Source: Candidatus Borrarchaeum weybense (GTDB lineage: Archaea > Asgardarchaeota > Sifarchaeia > Borrarchaeales > Borrarchaeaceae). From it: a stretch of 64,000 nt of DNA. Position 1 is the stretch's first letter. Each line of letters opens with the position of its first letter. The notes beneath the pieces were generated by a model. The model was not told where the DNA came from. It was given only the letters and a program-made list of their open reading frames with translations, and did no database searches. Below, in pieces: positions 29,023 through 39,057 of the stretch. The DNA lies in assembly GCA_019057385.1 (NCBI GenBank), contig JAHQJS010000004.1, positions 64,001-128,000 on the forward strand, written 5' to 3'. The translations under genes and the position numbers were made by a program.

Positions 29023-29751
29023 TTATTTTTTATCCTCTACTATTTTTATTTGAGCCCGACCTTTCGTAAGATGGTTGATTTCATCTTTAAGTGCGCTCTG
29101 AAGTCCCGCTGGGATATCAATAATCGCAACCCAACTCCCGTCATTTTGCCATTCATCTTTTTTGATAGTTCCAAATCGAGATACAATACCGTAACCCTTT
29201 CCTGTGAACTCAGCAGGAATTTTAACTGCAACTTGAAGTTTTTCCATACGAATCGGGATCTGTGCCGAGATTTCTTTAACGATTCTTTTTGCTTGAGCTT
29301 CAACTTCCTGAAATGGATCTATTGATACTTTTGCCTCATCTATAGCACGTTCGATTCGTGAAGGAGGATGTGGAAGTTTAGTTTGCGGATTTATACTGTT
29401 TCTGACGATATAATCTATAACTTGGATCCTTTTCTCTTCTAGCATCCGTTTTCGTTGCTCTGAAGTTAGATGGATTTCACCGTCAGCTAAAACAGTTCTT
29501 GCAATTTCGAAAGGATCATTAGTTTCAAATATTTCCTGCAATTTTTCTTCAGATGCCTTTAGCCCTTTATGAACGTCTTCGAAAATAATATCTCCCTCAA
29601 GGATTTCACGAATGTCTATGTCCTTTCCTGATCTATAATCCTGAGCTAAATCAGGATCTACTAATATTTCAAATCGTTCTCCATGAGTTATTAGTCGTGC
29701 TACAACTAAGTCTCCCCATTCAGGAATACGTGTATCTCCGCGAAGTCCCAT
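29023..29751 (-). CDS. Ribosome maturation factor SBDS/Sdo1
   Basis: [24 protein letters not shown]; located between psmA and rrp4. Confidence 0.93.
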   Translation of the reverse strand: MGLRGDTRIPEWGDLVVARLITHGERFEILVDPDLAQDYRSGKDIDIREILEGDIIFEDVHKGLKASEEKLQEIFETNDPFEIARTVLADGEIHLTSEQRKRMLEEKRIQVIDYIVRNSINPQTKLPHPPSRIERAIDEAKVSIDPFQEVEAQAKRIVKEISAQIPIRMEKLQVAVKIPAEFTGKGYGIVSRFGTIKKDEWQNDGSWVAIIDIPAGLQSALKDEINHLTKGRAQIKIVEDKK

Positions 29752-29760
29752 AAAAACAGC

Positions 29761-30480
29761 CTACATACGCTCTATATATTTGGTAATCTCCTCGTCAGAA
29801 ACCTTCTGTAGTTTCTTATCAACTTCATTAATTATAGAAATTTCAACCTTGGTTGAATCTAGTTCAGCTTCAATAACCTGTTTTAACGCATTTAATGCTA
29901 ATAATATCATACCATCCATATCTAAAGTAGATTCATATCCTTGTTCCAAAACTTCTGTAACTGTTTGTGCGCCTGCTCCAATCACTGCAGCTCGATGTCC
30001 CCAATAAGTCCCTGACGGATCAGTCATAAATAGATGCGATCCTGTATCATCACAACCAGCAATAAGCAATTTTACACCAAATGGTCTCACACCTGCGTGT
30101 TGTGTGTAAAGTTGTTTTAAATCACCGATTTTCCTTGTTAACACTTCAACAGTAATTGGTTCGTCATAAGTAAGCTTATTAATTTGAGAGTTAATTCGCG
30201 CTTGATTGATTAAGATCCGTGCATCCGCTGTCAGGCCAGCTATAGCAGCACCAATATGCTCATCGATTTTAAAAATTTTTTCTATGCTATTTGCTTCTAC
30301 AAGTTTACTGAGAATGCGTTTTTCAACGGCTAAAACAACACCTACTCCATCCACCTTAATTCCAATTGCAGTCGTTCCTCTTCTTACTGCCTCTATTGCA
30401 TATTCAACTTGGAATAATCTTCCATCTGGAGAAAATATTGTGATTGCACGGTCATATCCCAATCCTGGTGCGGCAAACAT
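29761..30480 (-). CDS. psmA: Proteasome alpha subunit
   Basis: GYDRAITIFSPDGRLFQVEYA, RPFGV. Confidence 0.97.
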   Translation of the reverse strand: MFAAPGLGYDRAITIFSPDGRLFQVEYAIEAVRRGTTAIGIKVDGVGVVLAVEKRILSKLVEANSIEKIFKIDEHIGAAIAGLTADARILINQARINSQINKLTYDEPITVEVLTRKIGDLKQLYTQHAGVRPFGVKLLIAGCDDTGSHLFMTDPSGTYWGHRAAVIGAGAQTVTEVLEQGYESTLDMDGMILLALNALKQVIEAELDSTKVEISIINEVDKKLQKVSDEEITKYIERM

Positions 30481-30789
30481 GTTTAAACCTCCATAAGTCA
30501 GAGTGAATCTTTGTTATATATAAAAATGTGTGAAATCAAAACTACAAAGCGTCTTTTATATCTTTCATAAAGCTCCATTAAAAGGCTTTTCATATATCCA
30601 TTAAGATATACTAGATAAAGTAACATAAGTCACTATAAACTAAAACTATATCAACAGATACCTATTCCTTTTGTCTCCTATATGTTTAATGTATCTATCT
30701 TCTAGGAGTTTAATAGTTAATTAGAAAAGTTTAAGAAGCCAGATTGTTTGAACTCCATATATCCCCTGATATTTAGAGGAGGTTATCCA

Positions 30790-31092
30790 ATGGGTAAAGG
30801 ACAAAAGAAAAAACCAATTGCAAAAGCTGATAAGAAGAAATGGGGCGAAAAAACCGCGAAGACAGTAGAAAAAACTAAGCGGAGCATCCACTTTGAAGCT
30901 GATTTAATGAAATCAATAAAGGATGATTTGCCAAAAACAAAATATATTAGCCCAACTCTAGTTGCCGAAAAGTATGGCGTACGAGTAAGTACGGCAAAGC
31001 TTATGCTCGAAGATTTAAGGAACGAACAGTTGATCGAAGAAGTAGCCCATACACCAAGAATTAAAGTTTATAAACCAGTAAGTGCCAGTTAA
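30790..31092 (+). CDS. rps25e: Ribosomal protein eS25
   Basis: KKKWG, KYISP..VAEKY.VR.S.AK..L..L; GGAGG upstream of ATG 30790. Confidence 0.9.
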   Translation: MGKGQKKKPIAKADKKKWGEKTAKTVEKTKRSIHFEADLMKSIKDDLPKTKYISPTLVAEKYGVRVSTAKLMLEDLRNEQLIEEVAHTPRIKVYKPVSAS

Positions 31093-31412
31093 ATCCAGCA
31101 ATAACTTATCCCCTAATTTATTCTTGACTGCTTTTTTGAAGCCTAAAAACAGTTGTAAAAAAGACTTCAAGTTATTAACATCGAGCTGAAACAATAAAAA
31201 CTGAGAATTCGGAAGTTGAACTCACTATCCCCAAAGACAGTTCTGGTGTTCTTAACCTAGAAGGCTACATTTTTTGAGATTTTACCTTTTTTTTGGGCAC
31301 AGTTAGCTTCATTCATTGCTAAGATTGACGTATAATAGATGAAATTGGTTTTATTGGGGCTTTTTCTAACCATTTACTAATATCCTAGAACCAAAAAAAA
31401 CATAAAACAGGG

Positions 31413-32348
31413 ATGAGCCATAAAAAAGGAGGGACTCAATTGCCTAGGGCGAAGAAAAAGAAAAAAAAGACGACCCGAAAAAAGGTGGCTGAAATCTCAG
31501 TAAATGCCAAAGTACTAGAGAAATTAATTGAAGGCGTACAATTAGGCGATTTGCAGCAATTAGTTGAATCATGGGGCTATAACATAAAAGAAAATGAAAA
31601 AATAAAGCAAAATATCGATCTTTTAAATGCATTAAACATAAATGCTTTTTCAAGAAGTCAGTTTGCTGATCTTTGGGCGTTAAAATCCCTTAAAGGCAAA
31701 GTTTGGAAAAAATACAAGGTGATTGATCCTCTTCCTGCCAGATTAGGCATAACAACCTTAAAAAAAGGATTAAAAACTGCGCTTAAGTCAGAAGACGCAG
31801 ATAAAAAATATACACCACAGGTTTTCAAAATAAGTCGTGATCTATTTCATATCGTTTTGGAATTTATTGATAAGCCCTTTCTAGTAGAAAATGGAAGCGC
31901 ATTCTCATATCAACTAATTGAACCTATTAAGCGAATTTCTAGCATTTTAGATCGTAATGAAGAGATAGTTTATATTGAAACCAATGACGGAAAAAATCTA
32001 GTTGATTCCAGAAACTTCGAAATTCTTGAAAATGTCCTGAAAAAAACTCTTAAAACATCGTTTGAACGTGTTAAAGTCAGACCTTTTGAATTAAAAGAAA
32101 TTGCGGATAAAAGCTCAAAAAGTTGGAAAAAAGTTGTTTTTGTTACTCCTAGGGAAATTAGCGGTATTGAAGGAGTGGATCGAATAACGGTCGAAGGCAA
32201 GGATGTAGTCTTTGGTCTCAAAGACATTGCAAGTCGCCACGAGGTCAATCTGGAGAAAGTTGGCGCGTGGTCAATTATTGAAAATGACGAATTACTGTTA
32301 TCGTTAGATGGTAGAGTAAAAAAGTTGTCCTTTTTGAATAAGGAATAA
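31413..32348 (+). CDS. Hypothetical protein with a highly basic N-terminus
   Basis: 311-aa ORF with host-like composition; no family recognised. Confidence 0.7.
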   Translation: MSHKKGGTQLPRAKKKKKKTTRKKVAEISVNAKVLEKLIEGVQLGDLQQLVESWGYNIKENEKIKQNIDLLNALNINAFSRSQFADLWALKSLKGKVWKKYKVIDPLPARLGITTLKKGLKTALKSEDADKKYTPQVFKISRDLFHIVLEFIDKPFLVENGSAFSYQLIEPIKRISSILDRNEEIVYIETNDGKNLVDSRNFEILENVLKKTLKTSFERVKVRPFELKEIADKSSKSWKKVVFVTPREISGIEGVDRITVEGKDVVFGLKDIASRHEVNLEKVGAWSIIENDELLLSLDGRVKKLSFLNKE

Positions 32349-32375
32349 GTAGACGTACATCATTTTTAATTTAAT

Positions 32376-33176
32376 TTACATTATTAATTGAGTTGCAGTT
32401 TTTCTTGCAAAAGTCAAATATCCCGTATGGTGAGATATAAATTTATTTGGACGTGTAGCACCTTCTTTTGTTTTAATTTCTCTAGAAAAGCATTCAAGTG
32501 TCTGTATATCATGGAAATTTTCTTCATCAAGTTTGCTAACGGTTTTTTCTATTTGATTAAACGTTGGACTAAAAGAGACAAAATAACCCCCATCTTTAAG
32601 AGCATGCTTTGCAGTTTGAACAACTAACCAAGGGGTATCAAGATCAATCACAACAGCATCGACGTTTTTTTCCACGATTCCTTCCATTACATCTTGATTA
32701 TATTGAACAACACAATCATACACTTTTGCTTTTGCAATATTCTCACTTGAAATTTCAAAAAAATCTTCTCTTTTTTCATATGTGAATATTTTTCCATTTG
32801 GACGAACATAATATGCCAAAACTGACGTCAGGGCACCGCTACCAGTTCCTGCTTCTACTACACGACTGCCAGGACCTATTCCTGTCATCATCAAAATGAG
32901 TCCAATGTCTTTTGGATACAATACCTGAGTTGGACGCCGAAACTTATGAACATAATCAAAAGGAACAGGTTGGAAGATCCAGCATTGTTTATCTTTTGAG
33001 GTCATAATTGGAGAACCATAGGGCTTTCCAACCACATTTCCGATTTTGATAATTCCAATATGTGTATGAAACTCTTTGTTTTCCTCAACCTTTACAAGCC
33101 AACGTTTTTTCCTTCCATGCATTAGCAAAATGTAATCTCCCAGTTTTATTGTATTCTGTGACACATTTCTCACCAT
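32376..33176 (-). CDS. trmI: tRNA (adenine-N1)-methyltransferase TrmI/Gcd14
   Basis: R.TQVLYPKD, VVEAGTGSGAL, D...PW, HTGYLTFARK. Confidence 0.92.
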   Translation of the reverse strand: MVRNVSQNTIKLGDYILLMHGRKKRWLVKVEENKEFHTHIGIIKIGNVVGKPYGSPIMTSKDKQCWIFQPVPFDYVHKFRRPTQVLYPKDIGLILMMTGIGPGSRVVEAGTGSGALTSVLAYYVRPNGKIFTYEKREDFFEISSENIAKAKVYDCVVQYNQDVMEGIVEKNVDAVVIDLDTPWLVVQTAKHALKDGGYFVSFSPTFNQIEKTVSKLDEENFHDIQTLECFSREIKTKEGATRPNKFISHHTGYLTFARKTATQLIM

Positions 33177-33249
33177 ACTTAATTTATCGTTAAAAGGAAA
33201 TGGTTTTATTAAAAAATAAGAAAAAATCAAATATTATAAATCTAGATGA

Positions 33250-34254
33250 TCACTTAAGTCCGAGTTTATCGAAGATTTGATCATAAAATGGGTAAGCGTC
33301 TACAATCTCTGCTTCTTCCGGTTTTTCTATGCCCTTCGCTACGTTTTGGCGAAAACTAATCCATTTCTCAAATTCTTCACGTTCTGGTAATTGATATCCC
33401 CGCAACCGAATTGCTTCGACCATCGGCATTATGGACATACCAGGCTTTATTGGACCAAATAGTTGAATGTAGCGTCCTTTGATTAGAGAATTGATTGCAT
33501 CATCAGCACGAAGAACGAATTCCACCCAGACGGCATTCTTGTAAGATGTTTCAGCAAGCTTCCATGAATTTTTTGCCGAATTTAAATAACTCTTGATTTC
33601 CTGATCTAAAGATTCAGCTTGATATTCAAGTACTGTAGGTTCCGTAGATTCTGTTTGATACGACGATATAGTCTCAGGTATTCCTGAGATACTTTCTTTA
33701 GCAGGTATTTTCTGTTTTCCGAACCCTTCAGTGAAATAGTTCTTCTCACGAAGTAACAAAAATACAATTATAGCTTTCATAAAGATTAACCCGAACATGG
33801 GTAATGCAATAAGTGTATCTCCTGTTAGAATCACATATATCCCGGTAAGTCCAACAAGTCCAACGGTTTCTAGGATTCCGATAACTAGACCTGCTAAATA
33901 AGCGATTCTAAGTCTTCTACGAGTAAGCAATGACAATACAAGATCTATAACTCCTACAATTACGAGAATTAAGCCCCCCATAATTCCTCCTTCTGCTGCT
34001 AAAAAAATCATTGCTGTAGCGCCGTTTATGAGCATATACGCCGCAAAGAAGAAATACATCAGTATGATAACATTGATACTACGGGGTCTCCCTATTTGCG
34101 GGCTTCTTGCTGGTGTGCTTACGAATTTTCTTTCACTCTTCGGTACATCAAAATAATGCCCACATGATGGACACACTGAGTAATCATATTGCACAAAAGT
34201 CTTGCAGTTTGGGCACTGCTTCACACGTTTTTCTTCTGAAGTCTCATTTTCCAT
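33250..34254 (-). CDS. Zinc-ribbon + 4-TM membrane protein with a helical (HEPN-like) C-terminal domain
   Basis: CPNC...CPSCG, four hydrophobic helices, C-terminal YL..A...W..A...Y......A..AI...IK helix pattern. Confidence 0.65.
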   Translation of the reverse strand: MENETSEEKRVKQCPNCKTFVQYDYSVCPSCGHYFDVPKSERKFVSTPARSPQIGRPRSINVIILMYFFFAAYMLINGATAMIFLAAEGGIMGGLILVIVGVIDLVLSLLTRRRLRIAYLAGLVIGILETVGLVGLTGIYVILTGDTLIALPMFGLIFMKAIIVFLLLREKNYFTEGFGKQKIPAKESISGIPETISSYQTESTEPTVLEYQAESLDQEIKSYLNSAKNSWKLAETSYKNAVWVEFVLRADDAINSLIKGRYIQLFGPIKPGMSIMPMVEAIRLRGYQLPEREEFEKWISFRQNVAKGIEKPEEAEIVDAYPFYDQIFDKLGLK

Positions 34255-34360
34255 GTTTTTCGCCTCTACCGATGCAAAAATTTTCATTTAGTGTAACAAA
34301 ATCAGATATTTAAGTATGTATTGTGAGTCAATTCAACTCTAAAGTTTTTCTCTTAACTTT

Positions 34361-36661
34361 TCATTCTGTATATTCAGAACTAGCGATCTCTCTAATTATT
34401 TCAGCTAATTTTGGACCAATTCCTTTAATTTCTTTTAAATGCTCTTCATCAGAAGTGAATATTCTCTCAATCGTTCCCAGTTCCCATAAAAGCCGTTTTG
34501 CTAACACTGTATCAACACCAGGAATACCTGCAATCACATTTTCTTGAATAGTTGTTATTTGTGGAGTTTCTCTTTTGGTATATGCCTTAATCTCACTTAT
34601 ACCTTTCTTCTTTTCTTCTTTTGAAATCAGTGAAAGAAGTTGAGCAGTTTCCTCTTCGTTTTTTGTCCATTGTATCGGCACGCCCAACGAAATAGAGATT
34701 GCCATCAATGCTCCACGAATAGCCTCAGGATGTAGTGCACGCTTACCGTATAGATCTTCGCCCTCTATAAGAAGTAAAGGCTTCTGGTATTTTGTCTTTA
34801 AATCAATTATCTGATCTAGAAGTCGACCATCAATTAGTGATTGAAGAAAGTCTGTGACTATTTTTCTTTCAACGCCAACTCGCGATGAGAGAATATAATC
34901 TGCAATTTGCAGTTGCTTGAAATGAATCTTAAATCCCATTTTGGAAAGGTTACGAAGAACTTGAGAGGCTCTTTCACGATTATCAACAATGATTTCAATT
35001 AATTCTTTCATTTCCTCTTCTCTTTTCTTCTTGTCCTCAGGAAAGAAAGAATCTAAGGTTTTATTTTTTTGTTTTTCTTTTTCCTCTTTTAGTGATTTTG
35101 AAACGCCCTTTATCTCATTAAGAAGTCGATTCATTTCTCGCTCCTTACTCTGAGCAACCCAATAGTATGCTTCATCGCGCGTGCCCTTTGCCATTAAGAC
35201 AATGACCTTTCCAGCGCTCTTTCTTGCCGTCCTGCCTCTTCTCTGAATATTTCTAATTTCACTTGGCACTGTATCATAAAAAATAACTAAATCACATTCT
35301 GCAATGTCAAGCCCCTCTTCTGCAACGCTTGTGGCGACAAGTACATTATATTCTCCGTGTTTGAATTTCTTTAAAATTTCTGCTTGCTCTTTTTGTGATA
35401 ACCCTTTCTCTCCTTTTCTTTTACTCTGTCCAACAAATCGTACTGCGTTTACTCCTTCAATTTCATCCAGCACTGAAGCTACTAGTTTCGCAGTTATACG
35501 AAATTGAGCAAAGACAAGGATTCGGGAGTTTTGCGATGTTTCAAGTTGCTCCTTAACTATTTTTTTTATTTCTTCAGCTTTTGGGTGATCTTGTCCCTTC
35601 GACAATAACTCTTTGATAAGAAAGATGGCTTTTCTAGTTCTATTATCGGCCATAAACTCCTTCAGTACCCTTGATCCACCCTTTCTCCGTATTTGCTTCT
35701 CAAGTTGTTCAATGTATTTGTTTAAAGCCTTTAGACCTTGAGTTTCTAACAATTCGATGGTGTAGGAGATTCTAATTGCATTTGCTACTAAGGCAATAGC
35801 GCCTAAAAACTGAGGGTCTACAATATCATCATCATCATGTAGTTGATTCTGTATTTCGGCTTGTAGACGGATTAAATCTGTTCGAGAAACTCTTCGTAAG
35901 TCATAAGTGTCTATAAACTCCATTTCTTTGAGTATTTTCAAATGTTCTTTAAGCACGCTTTCTAGAGTAGTTTTAATTTCTCCAAAACCTTTTGGAAGTG
36001 GTATTTTTTTCCACTCTATGCTTAATGGATGAATATATGGTTCGACATCTGGACTCTTATCAGTCCTTATTTCAACATTCTCTATATCCAGTACATTACA
36101 AATTTCTTCAATTTTTTCCTTTTCTGATCCTGGGCTTGCGGTAATTCCTAAAATAAGCGGGTTTTTTGCTTGTTCTCTGTATTTCTCTGCAATGAACGTG
36201 TAAGCATATTTTTTCACAGCTCTATGACATTCATCAAATATGAGTAATGATACATCTTTCAAAGTATATTTCCCTGAAATTAAATCGTTTTCAAGAACTT
36301 GCGGTGTCATAAAAGCAACGCGGCTTTTTTCCCATTGTTCTTTTCGTAATTCTGGCTTGGTAGTTCCCGTAAGAATTGTAAGATCTTCAGAAGCTAATGT
36401 CAAGAACTTTTGAAAACTGTCATAATGTTGGTTGACTAATGGACGAGTGGGGGCGAGAAAGACTACATGTGATTCAGGAAACTTTTCTAAACGATGTACT
36501 GCAAGCATTACTGCGATAACTGTCTTACCTAGGCCGGTTGGAAGTATTACAAGTGTATTTCCCTTAACACAACAACCAAAAATCATCTCCTGATAAAGCC
36601 TGCGCTCTATCATAGGTTTGAGGTATGGGTGATCTATAGTATTCTTTTGATGATTATTCAT
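34361..36661 (-). CDS. hef: Hef/FANCM helicase-nuclease
   Basis: PTGLGKT, DECH, TASPG, QRRGRTAR, plus ERCC4 domain (DNRE, ADY, ERK) and HhH. Confidence 0.95.
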   Translation of the reverse strand: MNNHQKNTIDHPYLKPMIERRLYQEMIFGCCVKGNTLVILPTGLGKTVIAVMLAVHRLEKFPESHVVFLAPTRPLVNQHYDSFQKFLTLASEDLTILTGTTKPELRKEQWEKSRVAFMTPQVLENDLISGKYTLKDVSLLIFDECHRAVKKYAYTFIAEKYREQAKNPLILGITASPGSEKEKIEEICNVLDIENVEIRTDKSPDVEPYIHPLSIEWKKIPLPKGFGEIKTTLESVLKEHLKILKEMEFIDTYDLRRVSRTDLIRLQAEIQNQLHDDDDIVDPQFLGAIALVANAIRISYTIELLETQGLKALNKYIEQLEKQIRRKGGSRVLKEFMADNRTRKAIFLIKELLSKGQDHPKAEEIKKIVKEQLETSQNSRILVFAQFRITAKLVASVLDEIEGVNAVRFVGQSKRKGEKGLSQKEQAEILKKFKHGEYNVLVATSVAEEGLDIAECDLVIFYDTVPSEIRNIQRRGRTARKSAGKVIVLMAKGTRDEAYYWVAQSKEREMNRLLNEIKGVSKSLKEEKEKQKNKTLDSFFPEDKKKREEEMKELIEIIVDNRERASQVLRNLSKMGFKIHFKQLQIADYILSSRVGVERKIVTDFLQSLIDGRLLDQIIDLKTKYQKPLLLIEGEDLYGKRALHPEAIRGALMAISISLGVPIQWTKNEEETAQLLSLISKEEKKKGISEIKAYTKRETPQITTIQENVIAGIPGVDTVLAKRLLWELGTIERIFTSDEEHLKEIKGIGPKLAEIIREIASSEYTE

Positions 36662-37103
36662 GACGAAAACCTTGTCATTTCGCAGTGAATAGGTTTGTCA
36701 ATGTTTGGTTTCCTTGTGCCCTTTATTTTTATCAAAATTTGATTCACTTTATAAAAAGAATTTAGATTTCTAAATTAGATATCTATCTCTTAATTTTTTA
36801 TTAATTCTGTTCTCAGCTCTCAGAATTGTGATCAAAAGAAGAATATTATTTACATGGTACTTATTTTTACCTTCTTCTTGATCTTAGTAGCCAAATTAGT
36901 ATTAAAGCGACCAAAGATGCAAAAGCATAAAGTAATAATGGAGTTATGTTAAATACACTTTGCAAAACTCTGGCCTCACTCTAATTCGGTGGTATGTTAA
37001 TTACGTGAAATTGCTATTTGACGTAATTGATCACATTCTACTAAATTATAAACATAAAATATCTTGAGATCTTCTTGGCATAAAACTCATTTTAAAGAGA
37101 TAC

Positions 37104-38162
37104 TCATTCATCCATACTATTTTCCATTACAAGTTTATCTTCTTCTTCCTCAATATATTCTTCGACTTCCTCTTCGATTTCTCTAAGTTTGGTAATATTT
37201 ATTCCTTCTGTCAGTAGAAGAGGTAATCCTAATGCAAGCATATATATTGATTTTATAACTCTATCAGTTAAAGGCACATGCAGTGCTATACGGGGTGTGA
37301 TGCCAGCAATACTTAAAATGGCTACGAAGACTGCCTCGTATGTCCCTATATTTCCGGGAAGTAGCGGTACAGTGAAGGTTAAAAATCCTATTGATCCAGC
37401 AAGCATCGTAATTGAAAATGGTACATTCATGTTTAATCCTATTATAAGAATGTAAAGCATTGTAGTTTCAATAACCCAGATTACAAATGATAGAAGTGCC
37501 ATAAGAATCAGTTTAACAGGTTTTTTTGAGGCAATTTTGAAACCCGTTTTAAAGGAACTGTGTAGACGAAGTAAATTCTCGTATAATTCTTGTGATATTG
37601 GCTTAGCTAAGCGTGCAACTTTTTTGCCAAAAAAGAGTAGCACAAAAACTAATACAATAAGTCCAATGATCGCTGCTAATGCTAAAACAAGGATAATGAT
37701 TGCATTATCTGGAACGGAGCCTAACTGTAACGTTACAATGAGGCTGAAGCACGAAATGATCAATATTGCAATAAGATCAAAAATATGCTCAATTGCGATT
37801 GCCGCACTATTCGCTCCATACGAAATTCCCTCGTTTTTCTTTGCAGAGTAAAGACGCACCATTTCACCAATTCTTAAGGGTGTTATCCAGTTAACGAACC
37901 ACGCTGCATGCATAGTTTTCCATGTAAATTTTATACTCGTGTCAAATCCTGTTGTGGAGAGTAATTCTTTCCATCTGAATGATCGAAGGAAATAACTGAC
38001 AAACATAATCGCCAGATAAATGAGCACAAATATCAGCGGAAAACCTTTTAAAGCCTGATAATACTCCCTTGGATTGACGTAATATATTATCAACGCAAGA
38101 ACTATGACTGCGAACACTGAGAGGATGACAATCCGTTTTGTAAACTTCTTCATAACACTCAT
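37104..38162 (-). CDS. UPF0104 / lysylphosphatidylglycerol synthase TM (flippase-like) protein
   Basis: LRS.RW, N.ITP.R.GE..R, E.IFD, PG.IG.YE motifs. Confidence 0.85.
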   Translation of the reverse strand: MSVMKKFTKRIVILSVFAVIVLALIIYYVNPREYYQALKGFPLIFVLIYLAIMFVSYFLRSFRWKELLSTTGFDTSIKFTWKTMHAAWFVNWITPLRIGEMVRLYSAKKNEGISYGANSAAIAIEHIFDLIAILIISCFSLIVTLQLGSVPDNAIIILVLALAAIIGLIVLVFVLLFFGKKVARLAKPISQELYENLLRLHSSFKTGFKIASKKPVKLILMALLSFVIWVIETTMLYILIIGLNMNVPFSITMLAGSIGFLTFTVPLLPGNIGTYEAVFVAILSIAGITPRIALHVPLTDRVIKSIYMLALGLPLLLTEGINITKLREIEEEVEEYIEEEEDKLVMENSMDE

Positions 38163-38361
38163 CTGAATAAAAATCAATTAATGGGCATCAGAGAATAGTA
38201 TCTCTTATTAATTTTTTTCTATGAATCTGAGTTACATTCAGACGATTCTTCTTAGTGTATCTATTTTTTCAAAATGGAAGAAAATTTAAGGCACCTTTAC
38301 GTTTTATCAAATAAGTGTCTATAAGAATCTAATTTATGCGTAGAGTAGGAGTACTGTTCTT

Positions 38362-39057
38362 ATGGGATTGACTACATGCATTAGTACCGCTAAAGAGGAA
38401 CTCAATGCAGCAACTACAAAATTGGAATCTGGAAACCTGGACTCAGGAGCACTATATCTTACTAATCTATTTAATACTCTCGAAAACTGCCTTAAAAAAG
38501 CAAAGTTGCTTGGTGATGATGATGAAAAAGAAGAACTTCTTATACGTGTAGATATCTTGGAGCTTTTGTTTAGCGGGTTTACATTGGCAGCAAAATTCGT
38601 TAATGATGAAGAGTTCAATGAATTCTTAATGAGTGAAGAATTAAAAGTTTCCAAAATTAAAAATTCATTTGAGAAAAGTGAATTTGAGACAGGGCAATTG
38701 TATTTAACAAAGCTTATGAAACAGATTTTTCAATTAATGCCCAAAGTAAAAAGTGCTTTGTATCTAGCACAAGAGAAAATAGCGAAAGGGGATTTACTAG
38801 AGGCGTTAGAAAATAAAAACCCACTGCCAGTGTTTAGCGACACCTTACCTTGCCCTCACTCATTCTGTAATTCATTAATGGATGTTGATATGAACATCCA
38901 TCGTTCAAAGCATGGCCAATACTCTCTAAGAATTAGTAAAGAGTGTTATTCTTGCGATTTTAAAGAAAACACAATAATTAGGGTCCCAAAACGAATTATA
39001 GAAGATTTTTATTACGAAAAAAGAAGTAGCAAGACATTAATTGATCTTTTAAGTTAA
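38362..39057 (+). CDS. Hypothetical protein, helical N-terminus and C-terminal Zn-finger-like motif
   Basis: CPHSFC...CYSC; 231-aa ORF. Confidence 0.65.
   Translation: MGLTTCISTAKEELNAATTKLESGNLDSGALYLTNLFNTLENCLKKAKLLGDDDEKEELLIRVDILELLFSGFTLAAKFVNDEEFNEFLMSEELKVSKIKNSFEKSEFETGQLYLTKLMKQIFQLMPKVKSALYLAQEKIAKGDLLEALENKNPLPVFSDTLPCPHSFCNSLMDVDMNIHRSKHGQYSLRISKECYSCDFKENTIIRVPKRIIEDFYYEKRSSKTLIDLLS

Noticed and set aside
36660-37030. Imperfect inverted repeats upstream of hef and in the adjacent intergenic gap, and the stem at about 25368-25430
   Set aside because: They do not fit BHB geometry, do not interrupt a reading frame, and may be chance pairing in AT-rich DNA
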